From an uncultured delta proteobacterium (GTDB taxonomy: Bacteria > Desulfobacterota > Desulfobacteria > Desulfobacterales > QNYZ01), in NCBI GenBank assembly GCA_963845145.1, contig CAWJQU010000005.1:1323434-1387433 (forward strand): a stretch of DNA of 64,000 bases, read 5' to 3'. The notes below the pieces were generated by a model, which made no database searches, was not told the origin of the DNA, and saw nothing but the letters and a program-made list of their open reading frames with translations. The translations under genes and the position numbers were made by a program. Of the stretch, positions 57,702 through 64,000 are shown one piece after another (the stretch's first letter is position 1; every line of letters starts with the position of its first letter).

Positions 57702-58098
57702 CCACAGACTCACACAGACAGACACAGACGGTGTTGTATTTAAAATTCGAGATATTTTAATATATAGCCACGGAAGAACACGGACTTACACAGACTTTCA
57801 ACATTCGGCTATATTAGCCAAATAGAAAAATATGAATTTGCTAAATCTAAAATCGATTAATTGTTTTAAAAACCAGTGGTGTTTTGTAAGTGAATTAAAA
57901 CCTGTAGCATGCAACCATCTATTATTTCTTGCATATTGATAAACTTGACGTAAAGATGTTAAATCAGGGATTAAAGATTCGTTTTAAATTATAAAGAATA
58001 ATCGTCAATATCGATGTTAACGTCGAGTGCGCAGTGTAGCTAAAATAATAATTTAGAAGTTACTTAAAAAGTCTGTGTGTCCGTGTGAGTCCGTGGCT
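57700..58098. repeat. A-type hairpin spanning the nadE-ACP junction
   Basis: A-left 57700 (overlaps the stop TAG) and 57766; A-right 58071-58098; AT-rich loop. Confidence 0.85.
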
Positions 58099-58124
58099 TA
58101 AATATTTATATTGGAGAGGCTTAA

Positions 58125-58376
58125 ATGAAGATATATAAAGAAAAGATTAGAGCGTTTATTGTTGAAAATTTCCTTTTTGGCGATGACAATGGCTTAAAAG
58201 ATGACACGTCGTTTTTAGAGGAAGGCATCATCGACTCTACTGGTGTCCTTGAATTGGTAACTTATCTCGAAGAGGAATTTGAAATAGAGGTCGAAGATGA
58301 AGAGTTGATTCCGGAAAACCTGGACTCCATCAACAATCTCGCTGTCTATTTGGAAGGAAAATCAGTAACCCTGTGA
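58125..58376 (+). CDS. Acyl carrier protein
   Basis: GIIDSTGVLELV phosphopantetheine site; acidic, 83 aa. Confidence 0.9.
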   Translation: MKIYKEKIRAFIVENFLFGDDNGLKDDTSFLEEGIIDSTGVLELVTYLEEEFEIEVEDEELIPENLDSINNLAVYLEGKSVTL

Positions 58377-58979
58377 TTGGCCACAGACTCACACGGACAG
58401 ACACAGACGTTTTAATCGGCTCGACCAGCCGATCAAAAAAATTATCGCTTCGAGAAAAGGCAAATCAAAGATTGATACATTGCTTGGATGCAGCGTATTG
58501 TCCCGAAAAAGTCTGTGTGTGTCCGTGTGTGTCGGTGGCTAATTTAAAGAGAATATGCCAGAAGCCACTCTAATACATCATTTCTTAGAAAACAGCGCCC
58601 AGCGATTTCCCGACAAAGTTGCGTTGAGGAAGAATTCGAAATAGAGGTTGAAGATAAAGAGTTGATTCCGGAAAATCTCGATTCCATCGATAATCTCGCT
58701 GTCTATTTGGAAGGAAAATCAGTAACCCTGTGATTGGCCACAGACCCACACGGACAAACACGGACGGTTATATTTTCAAATTGCAAAAAACCACCCACCA
58801 TACAAAAACATCATGCTTACCGAACTCCAACACCATAATCTCTGCCGGTTCGGCAGAGATAAAAGTCTGTGTGTGTCTGTGTGCGTCCGTGGCTAATTTA
58901 AAGAGAATATGCCAGAAGCCACTCTAATCCATCATTTCTTAGAAAATAGCGCCAAGCGGTTTCCCGACAAAGTTGCTTT
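58269..58979 (+). repeat. Tandem duplication (about 355 bp) of ACP 3' end + A hairpin + AMP-ligase 5' end, with unrelated loops
   Basis: Copy 1 58269-58625, copy 2 58626-58979. Confidence 0.9.
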
Positions 58980-60463
58980 AGTGCATGAAAAGACCCGTGC
59001 AACCTACCAGCAAATCAATGCGGATGCTAATCGTATTGCCACTTTTCTTTTAGAAAGAGGCATTTCGCGTGGTGATAGGGTCATTATCCTATTTGAGAAT
59101 GGATATGAATACGTCATAAGCTACTATGGTGTTTTAAAGACAGGCGCCGTTGTTGTGCCCCTAAGCACCGGCCTAAAACCACCGATGCTTAATCATTTTT
59201 TAAAAGAGCTTGAACCATCCGCCATTCTTTCTTCAAGACGCTTTGAAAGAGTCCTGATGGCATCGGATCTGAATCAAACAAACGTAAATTCTATCATTAT
59301 TCATCAACCCCAAAAAAATTGGGAAGAATATGGGAAGAAAATAGTTTCCCTTGATGAGATATTGAGTCAGAATCCTGATGCCACCCCAATCGATATCAAC
59401 GCTGATGATCTGGCATGTATCATTTATACATCCGGTTCAACAGGTACACCCAAAGGGGTTATGTTAACCCACACGAATATCATCGCCAATACACACTCCA
59501 TTTGCCAGTACCTTAAGCTGACCCATCAAGATATTCAGATGATCGTGTTGCCACTGTTTTATGTGATGGGGAAATCGCTACTCAATACCCATTTTGCTGT
59601 GGGCGGTAGGGTTGTGATTAACAATAAATTCGCATTCCCGGCCGCAGTTTTGAATCAAATGATTGAAGAAAAAGTAACGGGGTTTTCCGGAGTACCATCG
59701 ACATTCGCTTTTTTACTGCATCGGTCACCCCTCGCATCTTATAAGAATAAACTGATAACCCTTCGGTATTGCTCTCAGGCAGGTGGTCACATGGCCCTTG
59801 CACATAAAGAGGCCCTCAGAAAAGTGTTACCAGATCATACGGACATCGTCATCATGTATGGTGCTACCGAAGCATCTGCCAGGTTAACTTATTTGGATCC
59901 ATCACGATTTGAGGATAAAATGGCGTCAATCGGAAAGCCGATACCGAACGTGACGCTAAATGTGGTGGATGAAAACGGTAGGATGGTCCCTCAAGGTGAA
60001 AACGGTGAACTGGTGGCTAAAGGCGCCAATATCATGAAAGGCTACTGGCAAAATCCTGAAGCCACAGGAAATGTTTTGGACCACCTCGGGTATCATACGG
60101 GTGATTATGGTTATAAAGACGAAGAAGGTTTTTTCTTCACGACCGGCCGCAGTGATGATTTGCTAAAAATCGGCGGTCACCGTGTCAATCCCCGAGAAAT
60201 TGAAGATGCACTGATAGAATCCGAGCTTGTTGTAGAGGCGGCAGTGGTAGGCCTTCCCGATGACTTATTGGGGACAAAATTAGTGGCCCTGGTATCGCCC
60301 TCAAATGGTGATTGTACAATAGACAAAATTTTGGCCAAGTGCTCAAAAGTACTACCCAAATATAAATTACCAAGCGAGATTAAAAATGGTTAAATTCTTA
60401 CCCAAAACCACCAGTGGAAAAATTGATTCCCAAAAATGTCTAAAATTGGCAAAAGAGCTGTAA
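58909..60463 (+). CDS. AMP-binding acyl-CoA/acyl-ACP ligase (frameshift near 60385)
   Basis: IYTSGSTGTPKG, YGATE, TGD and GR motifs; LPKTTSGKID in the shifted frame ending at TAA 60463. Confidence 0.9.
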
Positions 60464-60469
60464 AAAGTT

Positions 60470-61084
60470 GTCTGTGTACGTCTGTGTGGGTCTGTGGCAA
60501 AATATCAAAGAAATTAGAAAGACTGAAAAGCTAATCGTAGTTTAAATTAGCCACGGACCCACATGGACCCACGCCGACTGGTTTAGAGATAAAAAATAGT
60601 AATAGTCAGTTTCTTGTCTGTGTACGTCTGTGTGTGTCTGTGGCAATAAAATGCTTGAAAGCTATAAGGCTTGAAAGCACGAAAAATATTACCGCAGAGA
60701 ACGCAGAGCCCGCAGTGAAGGATTATGGTTTAAATATTAATAAGTCCCCCTCTGCGCCTTGGCGTCTTGGCGGGGAAAATGAGGTTAGCATTTTCGGGGA
60801 TTAAGGAAAAATTGTCTCCCGCAGAGGCGCTAAGACGCAAAGGAAAGATTTTTAATGTTTTTTTCTCCGCGGTCTCCGCGATCTCGGCGGTTAATAAGTA
60901 GCTGCTTTTAAATTCGTCCGTGTACGTCTGTGTGGGTCTGTGGCAAAAAATGGTTGAAAGCTATAAGGTTAGAAAGCTTGAAAGCACAAAAAATATTACC
61001 GCGGAGAACACAGAGCTCGCAGTGAAGGTTTATGGTTTAAAAGATAATAGATCCCCCTCTGCGGTCCCCGCGATCTCGGCGGTG
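60470..61084. repeat. Composite hairpin-repeat array 3
   Basis: A-right 60470, 60616, 60916; A-left 60549; B pairs 60691/60750, 60818/60865, 60998/61057. Confidence 0.9.
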
Positions 61085-61191
61085 AAAATAAGGCTCCCAA
61101 TAAGCATAGTGTCATGATTCATAAAAATTGTTGACAAATGTCTCGTACGCAGCAATATTAATTTTATGCATACAAAATGGAGATTGTCGTC

Positions 61192-61434
61192 ATGGAAACG
61201 ATAACGGTGACTGTATCCAATAGGGGGTATATTGTATTGCCTGCGACCCTTCGCAAGGAACTGGAAATTAAACCTGGAGCGAAGATGCTTCTACGTCGAG
61301 AAAAAGACAGAATTATTTTAAAAACAGTGAATTCATTTACTGATAAATTGGCCGGACTAACACAGCGGGTGATCGCCGAGACGCCGGAAGATGTGGACGA
61401 TTACATCAATACAGAGCGAACAAATCGATCATAA
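61192..61434 (+). CDS. AbrB/MazE/SpoVT family antitoxin
   Basis: VTVSNRGYIVLPATLRKELEIKPG; GGAG RBS; TAATG coupling to the PIN gene. Confidence 0.88.
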   Translation: METITVTVSNRGYIVLPATLRKELEIKPGAKMLLRREKDRIILKTVNSFTDKLAGLTQRVIAETPEDVDDYINTERTNRS

Positions 61435-61886
61435 TGATTTCTCAATCGATATTAAAAAGCGCTATTGCGGGTCACAAAATATTAATAGACAGCAATATCA
61501 TTATTTACCTAACCGATTTGATTAACCCATATGCGTCCTTAGCTAAAATATTGTTTGAAACGATTGAGGCGGGTGGCGCTGAAGGTGTCATCTCTATTCT
61601 GTCGATTGGTGAGGTGATGCAGGGCCCAATTAAAAAAAATAATAACCCAATGGCAATGGAAGTGAAGGATTATCTCATCAACTTTCCGAATTGTCACTGC
61701 CAGGAAATAACCATGAATGTTTTAGAGATAGTCGGAAATGATGGGCGAATTGATTGGAGTGGACTCCGAACAGTTGACGGTCTGATTATCGCCTCGGGCT
61801 TAGTCAATGGTGTTGATCTTTTCATATCAAATGACCGCCACTTTAAAAAGTCACTACCCCGGGAGATGATACTGTCTTTTGATTAA
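61434..61886 (+). CDS. PIN domain (VapC) toxin
   Basis: IDSNIIIY, E, DGLIIAS and SNDRHF acidic tetrad. Confidence 0.88.
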   Translation: MISQSILKSAIAGHKILIDSNIIIYLTDLINPYASLAKILFETIEAGGAEGVISILSIGEVMQGPIKKNNNPMAMEVKDYLINFPNCHCQEITMNVLEIVGNDGRIDWSGLRTVDGLIIASGLVNGVDLFISNDRHFKKSLPREMILSFD

Positions 61887-61923
61887 CTTTTTGAAGATAC
61901 TGGGCTGAAAAAAAATATTCCCC

Positions 61924-62514
61924 CTCTGCGGTCCCCGCGGTCTCGGCGGTGAAAATAATACCTTTTTAGAAATTCGTCCGTGTACGTCTGTGTGTGTCGG
62001 TGGCAATAAAATGCTTGAAAGCTATAAGGCTTGAAAGCACGAAAAATATTACCGCGGAGGACGCAGAGCTCGCGGTGATGCGATAATTGGAAATACCTGA
62101 GTAACCCTCTGCGGTCCCCGCGATCTCGGCGGTGAAATAATACCTTTTTAAAAATTCGTCTGTGTACGTCTGTGTTTGTCTGTGGCAAAATAATAAAGAA
62201 AATGGAAGAATTGAAAAACTAATTGTAGTTTAAATTAGCCACGGACCCACACGGACACACACCGACGGGTTTAATGAAAAAATCTAATAGTAGTCAGTTT
62301 CCTGTCTGTGTAGGTCTGTGTGAGTCTGTGGCAATAAAATGCTTGAAAGCTATAAGGCTTGAAAGCACGAAAAATATTACCGCGGAGGACGCAGAGCTCG
62401 CAGTGATGGTTTATAATGTTAATAAATCCCCTCTGCGATCCCCCTAAGCGATCTCAGCGGTTAATAAGTAGCTGCTTTTAAATTCGTCTGTGTGCGTCTG
62501 TGTGTGTCCGTGGC
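61924..62514. repeat. Composite hairpin-repeat array 4
   Basis: B-right 61924; A-right 61976, 62158, 62304, 62486; A-left 62237; B pairs 62051/62107, 62379/62431. Confidence 0.9.
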
Positions 62515-62600
62515 CATGAATTTTTGGCAATAGAACAATGAATCTTCTGTGCGATTCGGGAGTAAATTGGGCATTTATTATAAGTTGACATTTCGACAAT

Positions 62601-62624
62601 GTGATATATGCTACTATATATCAC
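62601..62624 (+). promoter_or_regulatory. Palindromic operator overlapping an extended -10 element of the TA operon
   Basis: GTGATATAT-N6-ATATATCAC; TGcTACTAT at 62609-62617. Confidence 0.65.
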
Positions 62625-62681
62625 CAATGTGACGTTTTATTTTAAAAATAGCCAAAAGGATCTGAAAGATAGGAGAATATT

Positions 62682-62918
62682 GTGGCGAGTACAAGGACAA
62701 TAATCACATTGCCGGAAGAGGATAAACATTGGTTGGAAGCTTACAGCAAGATTCATAAGATATCCATTGCCGAGGCAATCCGTCAGGGAATCCAAACATT
62801 AAAGAATTCTGAAACAGAGCAAACATATCGTCAGCTGGTAATGAAAACGGTGGGCCTTTGGCAAAAAGGTGATGGCCTTGAATATCAAGAAAAAATTCGT
62901 TCAGAATGGCATTCGTAA
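62682..62918 (+). CDS. CopG/ribbon-helix-helix antitoxin
   Basis: RTIITLPEED...SIAEAIRQGI and a C-terminal IRSEW; TAATG coupling. Confidence 0.85.
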   Translation: MASTRTIITLPEEDKHWLEAYSKIHKISIAEAIRQGIQTLKNSETEQTYRQLVMKTVGLWQKGDGLEYQEKIRSEWHS

Positions 62919-63292
62919 TGATGGAACGGCTAATTGATTCGGTGATATTAATCGACCATCTGAACGGAATAGAGCAGGCCACCCATTTCATTCTCGGCCT
63001 TAATCATAAAGAAACGGCGATTTCGGTCATTACGAGAGCAGAGGTACTCGTTGGTATTGATGATGAAAAAAAAGAAATTACAAAAGCATTTTTAGATCAA
63101 TTCGAGACCCTGATCATTGACAAGTATATTGCAGATTATTCTGCAAAACTTCGAAGTCGGTATAGATGGAAACTCCCGGACGCATTTCAAGCGGCCATAA
63201 GTATAAAAAATAAAATTAAACTGACAACTCGGAATACAAAAGATTTCGATCCTGAAAAACATGATTTCGTGGAGATTCCATATCGCATTTAG
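62918..63292 (+). CDS. PIN domain (VapC) toxin
   Basis: IDSVILID, ITRAEV, LPDAFQAA and TRNTKDF motifs. Confidence 0.9.
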   Translation: MMERLIDSVILIDHLNGIEQATHFILGLNHKETAISVITRAEVLVGIDDEKKEITKAFLDQFETLIIDKYIADYSAKLRSRYRWKLPDAFQAAISIKNKIKLTTRNTKDFDPEKHDFVEIPYRI

Positions 63293-63310
63293 TGAAGTTC
63301 CTTGGAACTC

Positions 63311-64000
63311 AGTCTGTGGTAGTTTGCGTACGTCAGCGGTTAAATAGAAATTTTGTATGTTAATTGGCCGCAGACCGACGCTGACAAACGCAGACTATTG
63401 GGCCGGATATTCAACACATTCTCTTTGGTCAAGTAACCCAATTCATCAGCATCCAATGATGGTCCGTTTCAGTGCTTGAACGTCATCGGTTAACCTACCA
63501 GTTAAAAAAAGATTAATATGGAATTAAACGAACTAACATATTCAATAAATGGCGCTGTTTTTGAAGTCAATCGTCTCCTAGGGTCGGGTTTTCTTGAAAA
63601 AGTTTATGAGAATGCCTTGTTGTTGGAATTAAAAAATAGAGGGCTAAGTGCTGTCAGCCAATATCCTATAAAAGTAAAATATAAAGACAAAATCGTTGGT
63701 GAATATTTTGCAGACATATTCGTTGAAAATCAGGTTATTATCGAACTCAAGACCGTTGAGAAAATAGAAAAAATTCACGAAGCGCAATTGCTGAACTATT
63801 TGAAAGCAACCGGGATTAATATCGGCTTACTTGTCAATTTCAAGAATACTAAGGCCGAAATAAAGCGGTTAGTGTTTAATTTTCCAGAATAGAAATGATC
63901 TAACCGCTGACAGATGATGACAAATTTAGATTTTTCCACGATAAGCTCGCTGTTGGTGGATGATTGATTATATGGTCAGCGTCAGTCCGCGTGAGTCTGC
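63311..64000. repeat. Variant A-type arms around the GxxExxY gene
   Basis: Left arm 63366-63395 pairs with 63975-64000 (cut by the window end); further degenerate arms at 63311-63344, 63470-63493 and 63901-63921. Confidence 0.7.
63518..63892 (+). CDS. GxxExxY protein (PD-(D/E)XK nuclease-like fold)
   Basis: GFLEKVY motif; ADIFVENQVIIELK and HEAQLLNYLK. Confidence 0.92.
   Translation: MELNELTYSINGAVFEVNRLLGSGFLEKVYENALLLELKNRGLSAVSQYPIKVKYKDKIVGEYFADIFVENQVIIELKTVEKIEKIHEAQLLNYLKATGINIGLLVNFKNTKAEIKRLVFNFPE

Noticed and set aside
58269..58979. DGR template/variable repeat pair
   Set aside because: Differences include many C/T and G/C changes at synonymous sites rather than adenine-specific changes, and no reverse transcriptase is present.
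61883..62188. Minus-strand ORFs over repeats (also 56593-56988 and 52358-52654)
   Set aside because: They are translations of repeat arms or antisense shadows, with no RBS or domain evidence.
54529..62514. CRISPR array
   Set aside because: Repeats occur in both orientations, spacing is irregular, many spacers are themselves repeated, and no cas genes are present.
54529..64000. Canonical integron attC array
   Set aside because: No conserved RYYYAAC...GTTRRRY boxes at the arm ends and no intI in the window; only the architecture is analogous.

Overview
Bacterial chromosomal window; gene content and order suggest Desulfobacterota (inference). Bases 1-43 kb are mostly housekeeping: lipid synthesis and transport genes (CDP-alcohol transferase, CdsA, two MMPL/RND clusters, MlaA/MlaC), the minus-strand translation cluster infC-rpmI-rplT-pheS-pheT-merR-tRNA-Gly(CCC)-rimP-nusA-infB-ylxP-rbfA-nrnA-truB-rpsO-pnp-M16 peptidase-dut, a dGTPase, YkgJ proteins and a two-component/sigma-54 regulatory block. 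From about 43 kb a plus-strand PEP-CTERM-type exopolysaccharide operon begins (ExeA-like ATPase, chain-length determinant, tyrosine kinase, sugar transferase, Wza, beta-barrel, AsnB, NadE-like, ACP, AMP-ligase). The main discovery candidate lies in this operon. Many of its gene junctions are occupied by a modular family of short-period (8/9/10 bp) inverted-repeat arms, about 50 in total. These arms form nested hairpins and carry cargo genes: a four-helix-bundle protein, three toxin-antitoxin pairs and a GxxExxY nuclease-like protein. Cargo is bounded by direct or inverted copies of the arms. One junction is present twice with two unrelated hairpin loops that both keep a translationally coupled ORF open, and a 6-codon MEKLK mini-ORF links hairpins. 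No integrase, transposase, cas or reverse transcriptase gene accompanies the array in this window. Many single-base frameshifts, including one in essential pheT, are probably sequencing errors.
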